From assembly GCA_965153355.1 (NCBI GenBank), contig OZ231126.1, positions 40,486,001 to 40,550,000 on the forward strand: DNA of 64,000 bases, written 5' to 3'. Below are positions 28,907 through 40,310 of this stretch, piece after piece. This stretch comes from Flaccisagitta enflata (lineage: Eukaryota). How positions within the stretch are numbered: the first letter of the stretch is position 1; each line of letters opens with the position of its first letter. The position numbers were made by a program, and so were the translations under genes. The notes beneath the pieces were generated by a model. That model was given only the letters and a program-made list of their open reading frames with translations. It was not told the DNA's origin and did not search any database.

Positions 28907-29427
28907 TGACCAATATACTATTCTTACATTACTCCCACATGGTTAAAGTGCAATGGAACTTTTATAACTCAAGGCAAAGTCATTAACAATTCACAAAAAA
29001 ACTTCATTTAGACAAAATACACAAATTGTATACACTTTTCACCAAGATAGTAACGATCATGTAATGCATCAATTATAATAATCAAACAACACCTACTTCT
29101 AATGCGAATGAACCTTATCATTATTGAAGATTGATCTACATGGGAGGAGACTCATTACTATACATATAGTACACTATTATTGCCACCTCATCACTTCAAC
29201 TGTGCCATTATTTCTTTCTTAACACGCTGTATTCACGTGTCCTCTCATTTTGACTTATATATTGACCTCTAAAATTAGGAGAGATAGAGAAAGAGAGACA
29301 GAAATAAAGGAAGAGAGTGAGAGAGATAAGGAGAGAGACATAAAATCAAAGGGAAAGAGAGAGAGAGAGAGAGAAAAATTCTCCTGTCACCGCTCCATTT
29401 CGTCCCCAAAGTATCACTCCTATCCAG

Positions 29428-29571
29428 CCAATCACGTATCTCCGATGCTTTGTCAACTCTAAACTCGCTTCCTTATTGGATAACGAACCAGACAGCAGCG
29501 CGATAATTCGCTATGTCCTCGCCTTTCAATACCCACAACAATTTTCATCGTTGAACTGTCGCATATATAAA
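29428..29571 (+). promoter_or_regulatory. Putative antisense Pol II promoter inside the LTR element
   Basis: GCCAATC near 29428, ATTGG near 29475 and TATATAAA at 29564-29571, upstream of the ATG at 29687. Confidence 0.5.
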
Positions 29572-29686
29572 CCTGTTCACGCAGGTAACATTGGGGTTTT
29601 ATCACTTTAGTTTTCTTGATTTGCTAAATATTGTATTAGATTTCTTTTGCTTTTGCATTTTTAATCATATCCGTCACATTCTCAAA

Positions 29687-30172
29687 ATGTCGCTCATTTC
29701 GCACATTTCCTTTACTCTACTAATTTCATTTGCGTGCTCGCTCAATTCCGACGGCACCCCAACGGCCTCCCCTTCCACTCGGGGCCCATACGCATTTTTA
29801 CGCATGAAGTGTTACCGTAGGCAAGCCTTACATTCCAAGACTTGTCAACGGTATTTTGCGCTTCTTGCAAATTCGACGACGCCAACCATTATGGCTCGTC
29901 AAAATCTCACGACCGACATTGCGGTCACAACTGCAATTCCAACAGCAGTTTTGACCGTAAAACTGGAAACCGGCGTCCCCACCTGGCTGACCACACTTAT
30001 CAGCCTTTTTTCAGTGTTAGCATCCATCTATGCTGCTATTGTATCTTATTTGAAATTCGCGTGCAAATACACCACTGGGTCCAGTCTCCGGCTTGGCTTT
30101 GGTCCGGGCCGCCATGGTCAACTAGAGACCGAGGCACCCGATTTGCCCGTTGAATTGTCTCCAGTGGCCTAG
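29687..30172 (+). CDS. Antisense accessory gene A: predicted type I membrane glycoprotein, 161 aa
   Basis: AAAATG start, signal-like N-terminus (MSLISHISFTLLISFACS), a Cys pair, sequons NST and NLT, a Thr-rich stalk and TM WLTTLISLFSVLASIYAAIVSYL followed by KFACK. AATAAA at 30215-30220. Confidence 0.7.
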   Translation: MSLISHISFTLLISFACSLNSDGTPTASPSTRGPYAFLRMKCYRRQALHSKTCQRYFALLANSTTPTIMARQNLTTDIAVTTAIPTAVLTVKLETGVPTWLTTLISLFSVLASIYAAIVSYLKFACKYTTGSSLRLGFGPGRHGQLETEAPDLPVELSPVA

Positions 30173-30640
30173 ATGGATTTTATTTAAAAAAAAAACTTAA
30201 TTGTTTTTAGTCCTAATAAATATTTTCTAATCCTTCTTCTTTTTATTCCTTTTTGTTTTCGTCAATAATATTTTATCTCTTAATAACTAATATTTTCATA
30301 GTAGTAGACCAAATGATATAACTTTTGATAACTTTTATTCCAATCCATATTGCTATTATTTCTTTTCTTTTCTTTTTGTCTGACTATACAAAAATAAATG
30401 TTATATGAATTTTATTCCTTTCATTAGTTTAAAAAGGTGGGGATTCCGGACTATTTTATCGTTTCCTCTTATTGTTTTACTCATTTATGCTATTTTAATT
30501 AGGTTTAATTTTACTAGGCCAAAATTTAATCGATTTTACCAAAATTTCGAGATAATCACTTTTCATTTTATCACTATACCTGACTAATAGACAGACATAC
30601 CAACTCACTATCCTACCGACTGTCCTACTGACCTCCCGAC

Positions 30641-32329
30641 ATGAAAGGTGATTATCTCTTTGCTAAGGTCAGGGTTGTGCTATGACGCGCAGCCCTGGCC
30701 GTTTGCCCTTACATTTTTATCACAGGCACAATCCCAACCTCACGACGCTAAGATCATACATGCCTCAACGTCTGCTACAGACGCTGCTCCGAGATGGCCC
30801 TGTCAACCCTGTCGTCGAAAGCCACAAGCCGTCGCAGCTCCGCAGCATCCCCGCGGTTCCTGCCAAAATCTCCAGCCTCCACATCCTGGAAGCCTTATCC
30901 ACATCTCGTATCAATTACGTATCGACACGTCCACCAAAAAAAAACGTCCCAAGCAAAGAATTTCGTACAACGGTACCCAGCCCATCGCTCCTGCCCATCA
31001 CGGCCTCAGCATGGTATGCCTCGTCAAAAGCTATTATCACTTTTTACATCCACACGCGAGTTGTTTTTTCGCGTATCAACAAACCACCGACCGACACATT
31101 TCACCTTTTCTTAATTATAAGAACCTGCTCTATAAGACCATCATGGCATTAGCACATCCTAAGATTAAGAACATCATATTTCACTAGTCGTTATTTATGA
31201 AGGTTCCGAAATATCACGTCCGTACAAAATTGTATCAAACCATCACATCTCTTTTTTTCTTTTAGGACACGCTCTCTTTCGAGGCTCTTGAGGAGCACGG
31301 CTGGGAAAGAAAAGCCTGCTCCCTCGCAGTATCTGCCTTAGGTGAGCATAAACTCATTTGACTCCGTCTGTTTTCCAAGCTCGTTCACTCGCTCATAATA
31401 AAAAAACTCCCATCTACGACTTTTTTTACGGTCGGCGAGAGCCGCTTTTATCGTTAAATTCCACTCTCGTATTTTCTCGTAGGGCATTTAAGTGATTGTT
31501 TACCATCCAAGCCGCTGAATCTGGGCAACTTCATCCAAATCGCCCTCCTCGCCTTTTTGGTTCTCTACGTCATCGCCAAAAACCTCCGCAGAGGTGAGAA
31601 TCCATCTCGGGCAGAAACACCAATTATTATAAGCACCGTGCCTAACCATCCGTTTCATGCTGTTTATAAACCAAATGACCAGACATAACGAACAAATCAA
31701 CAAATGAATGAATAAACGAATGAATGAATGACTAACTGAACGATTGACTGAATCATCGAATGAATGACTGACTAACTGAATGAATGAATGAATCACCGAA
31801 CGAATGAATGACTAATTGAATGACTGAATGAATAACCAACTGAATGAACTAATGAATCACTGAACGAATGAATGATTTAATCACCTCCTTTGCCTGTCCC
31901 CGCCCCCATACAGGTTACAAATGGTGTTTTCGCACCCATAAAGTTTTCGTCTCCGACTGTTTGGATCGTCCATCAACAGATCGAGCCCCATCAACCACCA
32001 ACACCGCCACGGACCTTGCTGTCGTCACGACCACGTTTCACCGTCCATCGATGCAGGATGATGCGTGCCCCGACTACGCCACCATCCATCTACCACCCAA
32101 ACGCAGTACTGGTGAGAAAACCTTCCTTCACTCTTACTCTTTTAACGGCCCCCGCGATCTAACCAACCTATCCTTATTTAGCAGTAAATCCATTATTACA
32201 GTATGCCGTCTATAACAGCCTAACATAACTTCATGCCTACATACTTACTCTTACCCAACCATCCACAATGTAGCCATTGAAGCTCCATCCAGCGTCACCA
32301 CCAATGCTGTTGTCCATCTCCCAGCCTGA
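30641..32329 (+). CDS. Antisense accessory gene B: predicted six-exon single-pass membrane protein, about 250 aa
   Basis: Exons 30641-30667, 30726-31013, 31266-31341, 31483-31593, 31914-32111 and a last exon at 32182-32228 or 32274-32329. All introns are GT-AG with compatible phases and the frame stays open. TM is FIQIALLAFLVLYVIA followed by KNLRRGYKWC. Confidence 0.62.
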
Positions 32330-32586
32330 GACTACACATGGATGAACAGAACACAAACTTTTTATTCGAATATAAAAATTATTACAGTACTAGTAGACAA
32401 AAAGTGAAACTTTATCCTTCATTTCTTAAGACAGCATAACTATCAATGACTAATTTAACTGAAGCATCTGTACTGTTATCTACCATCGCCTTCCAAATTC
32501 CATTTATTAAGACAGTATAACTATCAAGAATACACCAACATGAAAGAAATTCATTGTTATTCACTACTGTCTTATTACAATAGAAA

Positions 32587-33255
32587 CTAGAACGACCAGA
32601 ACAGAGACCTGTATCCTGCCCCAACTGTGTAGGTCTTCCTATCCGTCCATTTAACAAAATTAATCCCATCAATCACAAAAGTGATCAGTTCTTGGTAGAG
32701 GGCTATCCCCTGTTCATTAAGATGGACATTATCTCCTTCAAACAAACATAATCTGGGCAGGGTCCCCCTGTGGTCCTTCTCGGCCACATAGGTATCAGTG
32801 CACCAATGATGGTGCCAGTAGCCGGCCCTGACCATCAACTCATCATACTCATCCACCACCCTTAAGAACCATTCCCCAGACTTAACCAGCGCCTTTTTAT
32901 CCGGTATTCTAGGCAATATGGGCGACGATATGAAGAGACAGCCGGGATTTTTCTCAGCTGTCTCTTTGACCATTTCAGCGATTTGACCCACCAGCTGTGT
33001 TGGTCTCATACCCTTCACTACATCATTACCACCCACTAGGATTAACAGAGCAGAGTAGGCCCCAGCCCCATATTGCAGCTTCTCCAGGATGACCTTCACA
33101 TGCCTCATTCCTCCTCCTGCCACGGAGTAAACGTTGAACCCATTGCGCTGCATAAAAGGCGCAATTCTTGAGACGTGACTATCTCCAAGACAAAGATAGG
33201 AGTACTTTTCGTCAATCCATCTTGACACCTTTTTTCCATGAATCTTTCTCGGAAC
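32587..33255 (-). CDS. SGNH/GDSL hydrolase in the env position, probably expressed by splicing
   Basis: Blocks LCLGDSH, VAGGG, LVGGNDV and GDNVHLN are all present. No ATG start, but an in-frame phase-0 acceptor TTTAATCAG|GTT opens the exon at 33255. AATAAA on the minus strand near 32361-32366. Confidence 0.85.
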   Translation of the reverse strand, partial: VPRKIHGKKVSRWIDEKYSYLCLGDSHVSRIAPFMQRNGFNVYSVAGGGMRHVKVILEKLQYGAGAYSALLILVGGNDVVKGMRPTQLVGQIAEMVKETAEKNPGCLFISSPILPRIPDKKALVKSGEWFLRVVDEYDELMVRAGYWHHHWCTDTYVAEKDHRGTLPRLCLFEGDNVHLNEQGIALYQELITFVIDGINFVKWTDRKTYTVGAGYRSLFWSF

Positions 33256-33936
33256 CTGATTAAATTAACAAGGATATCATCCCGTCAATCATCAATCAGA
33301 GTTAACCCACCACCTAAATTGTCATAACATTATTCTTAACACGATAAAAACTTATTCTTTCATTTCTTTTTAAAATTACATCATATTCAGTCCATATCTA
33401 CTAATTAAACCTTTTTTTTAGGATTTTATCAAAACTCTTTTCATAAAATTTCAACAAAATTTTATAAAAATACATTTTTCCAAAATTATATCAAAATTTT
33501 ATCAAAATTTTATCAAAACTCATTTTTATAAAAATTTTATCAAAATTCTATCAACATTTTATAAAAATTTTGTTATCAAAAAAATTTTTTTTTTTTTACC
33601 AAATTCTATAAAAATGTACCTTACCAAAGTCATACCAAAACTTTATCAAAATTTCATCAAAATTTTATCAAAACTCTTTCTTTTTTTTATAAAAGTTTTA
33701 TCAAAATTCCATCAACATTTTATAAAACCAGTAAAGTTATATCAAATTTCTCCACCCTCAAATTTCAATAAAATTTGAACCAATTCCTACAAAATTATAT
33801 CTTCACTCCAAGAAATCTAATCAAATTTTGTCAAAATCAATCAAATGACACTTGATGTCATATACTGAAATACCCAACTAAAGTTCCTTCAATCACATGA
33901 CATACTAATACCACCTCAATCAGCTATTGCTGACTA

Positions 33937-36900
33937 CTAATTATTATCTAATTTGTTCATTAATGCTTTTGCATCATCCAATGACAGCCTACTCCGTATC
34001 ATTTGATCTATAGGAAGAAGCTTTTTAGTACCATCTAACACATTTTTGCACAAGTACATACTTGTCCCTACCCGTCTTTCTATTGAGAAACACTCGACCA
34101 CACGTTGCTGTAATTTGGGCGCCATGTTCCTAGAGAATTGCATCCGCTTTCTAAAAACAATTGACCCATGTTTTAGGGCCTCGTTTGGAAAAAGATATGC
34201 CTTACGCTGAAGTAATTGCTTAAAAGTCACATCCTTAATTAACTCATGCATTTTGTTAATCTGCAAAAATGTCTCTTTTGCCCTCCCCCCCCCACCAACA
34301 GGTTCCTCCAATGGGGTCAGTGTGGACAAGAAACGCGGACCTTTACGGAATATCAACTCGTTAGGAGAAAATCCACCCAACGATACACAAGGTGAGGAAT
34401 TTATCAAGAATGTTGCTTTACCTAGAACATCCGACCATTTAGATAGGTAATCTTCCCCATCTAGCAGTCTTAATATCACTATAAGCAGATCTCTAAATTT
34501 CCGCTCCACCAATCCTTGGCTCTCGCTCCTGTGATTGCTCCGGATAATCCCCACCCTCAAACCATCCAACAGCTTTTTATCCACCTTTCTAAAGCTGACG
34601 CAATTTCCATCAATCATTACATATTCAGGCAGACCATTTTCCCCAAAATAATTAGTGAGGGCTTCACAAAGTTCTTCTGCCCCCGTGCTTTTCATCTTTA
34701 TCGTCGTCAGCCCCTTATTGTAGTTATCTACTAAGGCCAGTATATATCTATAAGACTTAGATGCCGGGAGGGGACCTAAATAGTCCAATTGCAACCATCT
34801 GCCAGATTGCGTGGACATCAATGTAGAGTTTTTGCCTTTTATCACCTGTTTGACATTGTATTTAGTACAGGGGACACATAAAGCAATCTGATATCTAGTC
34901 ATATTAAACATTCCTGGCGAATACCACACCTCCCTTAGCTTATCAAACACTTTCTTGGTGTGCATGTGGCCATGCTCAATATGCAAATTATTTATTTTCT
35001 CCTTCAGCCCCTCCTCCCCTACATATATTAAAGGAGATATCACACCCTCGGTTGTCACAAACAGCCGAAATATCACCTTTTGTAGGCTAATTTTAAATAA
35101 TGACAGATGTCTTATTACTGACCACCACCTATTATTGAATCTCAAACTATCGCTTTTATCAGGGATATTTTCCACCCCTTCCTTCCAGCCTCTTATCTTC
35201 CTTCCCATTTCATCATCTTGCCCCTTTAGGATCCCTTCAAGATCCTCATCTTTTACCATGGGTAATTCATAGTCGCTATAAATATCATCGATACTCATCT
35301 CCTCTATCCCTTCCTCTAATTCCGCAGTCGTCAAACGCAAGGACGCATCCGCCACACCCTCAACTGCCCCTTCCTCCTCCTCTACCTCTTCTTTCGCGTC
35401 CTCTACCACCTCCTCCTCCTCTTCCACCGCGTCCTCTCCCGCCTTCTCCTCCGCCTTCTCCTCTTCCTCCGCGTCCTCTACTGCCTTCTCCTCCTCCTTC
35501 GCGTGCTCAACCGCATCTCCCTCCTCCACTGCATTCACCACCGCCTCCTCCTCCTTCTCTTCCTCCTCCGCATCCGACGCCACATCTTCCTTTTCCGCCT
35601 CCATTCCCGCTTCCTCCGCTTTCAAGGGCCATGACGAATGCAGGACTCCCTCGCTGCCCAATATCTCATCTCTCATCCGGAGAACAAAGCAGGTACATGA
35701 GCAGTGATCATCTTTCTCCGCATTATTCCATCCCCCACACTCGCAAGGGGAGCATTTTTCTTTCCTACTTTTCAACCCCTTCAATTCTCTCTCCTCACTT
35801 CTCCTCGTCTTTCTCCTCCTCCTAGCCGCCTTTCTCATTCCCCTTTTACCTTTCTTACTGATATTCAGCCCAACGTGAGGGTCAGCCACAACCCCCACCC
35901 ATTCCTCATTACCTTTCCCACCTCCACCCAACCCTGACATAGCAAGGTGGATTTTTTCTGTCACATATTTGTCAGTGCTATTAATCAATCCCTTCATAGC
36001 CAACAATGTGTGTTTGTGTGTCTGCGCTGTTGTGTGAGCATTTGTATGTGTGACTAAGTGGTTCTCAGGGACATTATCATCCCGCCTTGGAGTTACACTC
36101 GGATTTTTACTAAACCTTGGAGCTACGCTCAAACTAGGACATTGCTCACTAATGACAGGTGCGCCGGGAAGATCCTTCCCCTGTAGGGCTTGCATAGGCC
36201 GCTCCGGCGCCCCACTGCCGCACTGGGCAGTTATGTTTATACTATGGGTCGCCGCTCCCCAGCTTCCCAATGATGGGGGCATGTGAGCTCTGGCCCCATC
36301 ATTGGGAATTGCCCCCGCCGCACAAGGGGCAATACCCAAAGTCAAACCCACATCACTTTTAGGTTTAAATGAGTTTCCCCTTTTCACCCGCCCCTCCAGT
36401 CTGTCGGAGGTCAAGTTCACGAGGTCCCCCCCTTCAAGTTCTAAGGGTTTAATTTCCCCCCCTCCCAATTCCAGTCTGGCGGAATTGGGAGGGGCGGGAC
36501 CCCCCACTCCATCTACCTTGGGTATCTTAGCTAGGGGCCCTTTTTTAGTCTCCATAAAGTACCGGTTTATTACCGGTTTATTAGTTCTCTTTTGTCACGC
36601 GAAAAAAGTTTATCAACCCCCAATTGAATTCCATTTGCATTGAAAATCTTTAAGGACCCTAACGGGTTATATTCGTACGGTAATCTTGCTGCTACGTCCG
36701 ATTTGTCCAATCTTGATAGTATGTCTGCCTGCTCCTGACTGGACGGAACGAATCTTACTTCAATGTTATAGTCGCTTATATAAATAAGCCAGCGAGCAAC
36801 CCGCTCACTGACTATCTCCATGGATACCCAAAAACTAAGGGTCCTGTTATCCACAAAGCATACCGCGGGCACTGAGGTTTGGATATAGCACCTCCATTTA

Positions 36901-39383
36901 CGAAGACAGAGATATAATGACTGAAGCTCAAGCAAACACATTGGGAGCAACGTATCTCTATCTGGTATAGATTTTGCATAATATTGAATCAAATATAACC
37001 TTACAGTTTTAGGGTCCAAACCTTCCTCCCTCACCTCCCTCTCGCTCACCCTCTGAAACTGAGAAAGTAAGCCCCCACAGCCTGTCCTTGAACTGTCACT
37101 CCACAGTACAAAGAACTCCTTAGCTGTGGGGTCCCTAGGGGGCCTCAAACACCCGCTCACTGGACAAAGTAGGATGGACAAGGCCTCACAAAGTTGGGAT
37201 TCATTTTCAGAGCTCCAGGAGAAAACTGCCCCTGCCTTGGCCACCTTCCTTAGCCCATGCATGGGGTCTTTCAAGTTAGCCCTCCCTGCGTACCAACTGA
37301 GAAGGCCTAATATTGACCTCAACTCATCCTTATTCCTTGGGGAGGGGATATTTCTCAAGTCCGTCATCTTATTTGAAGCAATTCTTATCATATTATTATG
37401 TTTCAAAGCATAACCTAAAAAATTTACACACTTCCGTGGAAGTTGAGTCTTTTTAGGACCTATGAGTAGTTTAAAAAAACTAAAAGCAGCCAATAGCCCC
37501 TCCACATTGTCTTTTAGCCCTACCAATGACATAGAATATATCATATAATCGTCAATGTAGGCAACTGTTTCCTTACAATGTGCAGTTACCAACTCAGAGC
37601 AAGCCTGACTCATCTGAGGGGAATTTTTCCCCCCTTGCTGAGGTGTTGTAAAGCGATAAACCCCATCATCCCCCACATAAAAAGCAGTTAAATCTCTAGA
37701 GGAGGCCTGGAGGCCGATTTGGTGAAAAAAATTAGTCATATCATAGGTCATGAAATATTTACCACCCCTACAACACGACTCAAGCACATCATCCATGATG
37801 CGTAATTTGCATGTTACGGTCTTCATGATTTGATTCTGATTTCTTGAATCAAGGCAGAACCTATAAGCCATCTTAGGGCCATCAGGGTAATTCTTTATCT
37901 GGCCTAAAATCAAAGGGTTGCAAATATAGCTAGAAGAGTTATTTTCACATCGTTCTAGTATACCTGCCTCTACCCAATCCTTCACAAACTTCCTTAAGAC
38001 CTCCATCTTCTCAGGGGATAGCCTCCTAAATTTATCAATTCTAGGGCCCGACCCCTCCACTGTCTCAATACTAAATTCTGGTATGTTGGCCCTAGTCCAA
38101 CAACTCCAACTACCATTCCAGAATGTATTTCTATATGCCCAGAATAATTCCTTATATTCCTCGGCATATTTCACTGCCCCTTCCCTACCTAGGTCTTCCT
38201 CCAACTCGTTCACCATTTCATCCCATTTGAACATAGACAAGAACTCTTCTTTATTCTTCCACATCCTGTCATTGTCATTCTTTCTTCTTTCCTCCTCCCT
38301 GTCAATCTTATGTTTCCTTCCTACCTCCCCAATCTCTTTCACCTCCCCTTGTGGGGGTTCAATCACTCCTCCATGCTCATAAAAATGATCCAGCTCAGAA
38401 GGGGTCAATTTTCTCCTTTCTGTACCCCCGCTACCCCCACCATCATTCATCTCCGATTTCAACACTCTATCGCCAGACTGACAGACATCTTCAATCACTT
38501 CATTCAGCCTAACAATACAGATTGACTCACTTTGTGCAGCCGCAAATCCTATGGTTTCTCCCGATCTAATTGTTAAAGGTACCTTTCCCTTATTTACAAC
38601 AATCATTTGTAACCCCCCTTCCTCCACTTTCTCATATACAGTGCTGAGGGGAAACCTGGCCTCCGATTCGAAGCCCACTAACGCCAAGGAACCAGTCAGG
38701 CGCGAAGTCAACTCTACATTAACCAACTCTGCTGCATTTCCAGGTAAAATGTACTCCATTGTAGTTACTACGTGTACATAGTCAGCCCCAGTATTCATCA
38801 TTCTCTTGAGATCTGACCTCGAGTTGCACAGAGAGACAATATGTGACCCTATAGACAGTGTACTGTTTTCATAGTTTACAACTGCCCCTAATTTACCCAA
38901 TGCATCACTCCCCATCAAGACTGGGATATCAGTCTCCACCACATAAGCCAACAAAGTTATTTTTAACTGTTTACCCTCCTTGCTCCTAAACCACACCCTG
39001 AGTACTGTGTAGTCATAGCAACTGATTTTTCTACCACCCACCCCTGTAATATCCTTTGGCTTGGCAAACCTTTTCATAGGCAATCTCAATTGCCTGGCCA
39101 AAGATAACGGTATCAACGATCTATCAGACCCGGAATCTAACTCAAGGGCAAATTTTTCCTTCCCCTGCCCAGCCTCCACCTTCCCCACCAAAAATAGGGG
39201 TTGTGCCGGGCCCTGGTCAAAATTTACCCCCTCCATCTGACCTATATCCCTCAGCTCTTCCTTAGTCAAAATATGCACCTTTTCCACCTCAGTATCCTTC
39301 TCCCCCATGAGTGACTGCTCCTGCCCAACCTTTTTGTCAGCCCTCTGAACATAATCCTGCTCAGTGCCCAAAACTCCGTCTAG
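33937..39383 (-). CDS. pol: Pol polyprotein (PR, dUTPase-like, RT, RNase H, long linker, integrase), split by an 11-bp duplication
   Basis: PR LELDSGSDRSLI; RT RFCLDSR, YDMTNFFHQI, QQGGKNSP, AYIDDYMI; RH WSDSS, LLELQS, FVDNR, QADILSR; INT HIEHGH...CVPC, LQLDYLG, MIDGN, SQGLVER. The ORFs 36570-39371 and 33937-36555 fuse if one TACCGGTTTAT copy (36560-36581) is removed. Confidence 0.95.
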
Positions 39384-40310
39384 TCACTCCACATCGGAGA
39401 AGTCTGAATCTTGAAATGTGAAATCCTTAAAATCATCAGCAATTTTCATAACATTTGTCCGTTTTTCCACCACGCTATCCCTCACCCCTAAGAAAGTGGT
39501 CAAATTTCGTGGGGCTTTCCCACAAATCAGAGAATAGTGGCGGCATACCGAGCTCTTTTTCCCACAGAAGCGACAATGAGTTTTCTTACACTCAGTCACT
39601 CTGTGCTTATCCGAAAAACATTGGAAACATCGGTGATTAACCCCTTTGTCCGTGGCGACCTCAAAATACTTTCTAAGTGGGTCATCAAAGATTTTGTGGC
39701 ATACCTCATCCTCTTCTTGACCTTGATCACCCCCTCCCACCATCAACACTGAGTCCCCAGGTTTCTCCGTCTGTAGATTGTTTGAGATGCTCACAGTCAG
39801 CTCCATTATCTCCTTGAACTCAAGGGCCTCAAGGTTGTGGCGTCGCACAGCTGCCCTTAGGCTAGCTGAGGTCAGTCCGTCTATAAACTTGTTAATCTGT
39901 GGCTTCAGCTCAAACCCCATAAGGACACAAAACCCCTTAAATCGTCTAGCATAGTCACGTATGCTCCCCTTAAGTGGGTAGGACTGTGTAAGCTTATCAA
40001 ATCCAATCCGTAGGGTGGATGTAGGGGCAGGCCAAATTGCAGCAAACAGGTCCTTAAAAAACGTATTTAAGTCCCATTTCCCACTTTCTTTGCATTCATC
40101 GTATATGAAATTTGCTTCCCCCCTCAAACGCTTATCACAATTATGCATGACAACCATAACTTGCGTTTTTTGAGTCTCCTCCCCATAGTACAACATAACT
40201 GCACGGTGAAGCAAAGACTGGGATTCTATGAATTCCGTTATGTCTTGTGTATCAACCAGCTTCACATCAATGATTTTGTTGCTCTCACTAATGATTTTTC
40301 TTACGCTCAT
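39384..40310 (-). CDS. gag: Gag (capsid/nucleocapsid), 308 aa
   Basis: Capsid-CTD-like LTQ...SIRDYARRF...KFIDGL and knuckles CFQCFSDKHRVTEC and CRFC...H...C. In frame with pol. Confidence 0.88.
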   Translation of the reverse strand: MSVRKIISESNKIIDVKLVDTQDITEFIESQSLLHRAVMLYYGEETQKTQVMVVMHNCDKRLRGEANFIYDECKESGKWDLNTFFKDLFAAIWPAPTSTLRIGFDKLTQSYPLKGSIRDYARRFKGFCVLMGFELKPQINKFIDGLTSASLRAAVRRHNLEALEFKEIMELTVSISNNLQTEKPGDSVLMVGGGDQGQEEDEVCHKIFDDPLRKYFEVATDKGVNHRCFQCFSDKHRVTECKKTHCRFCGKKSSVCRHYSLICGKAPRNLTTFLGVRDSVVEKRTNVMKIADDFKDFTFQDSDFSDVE

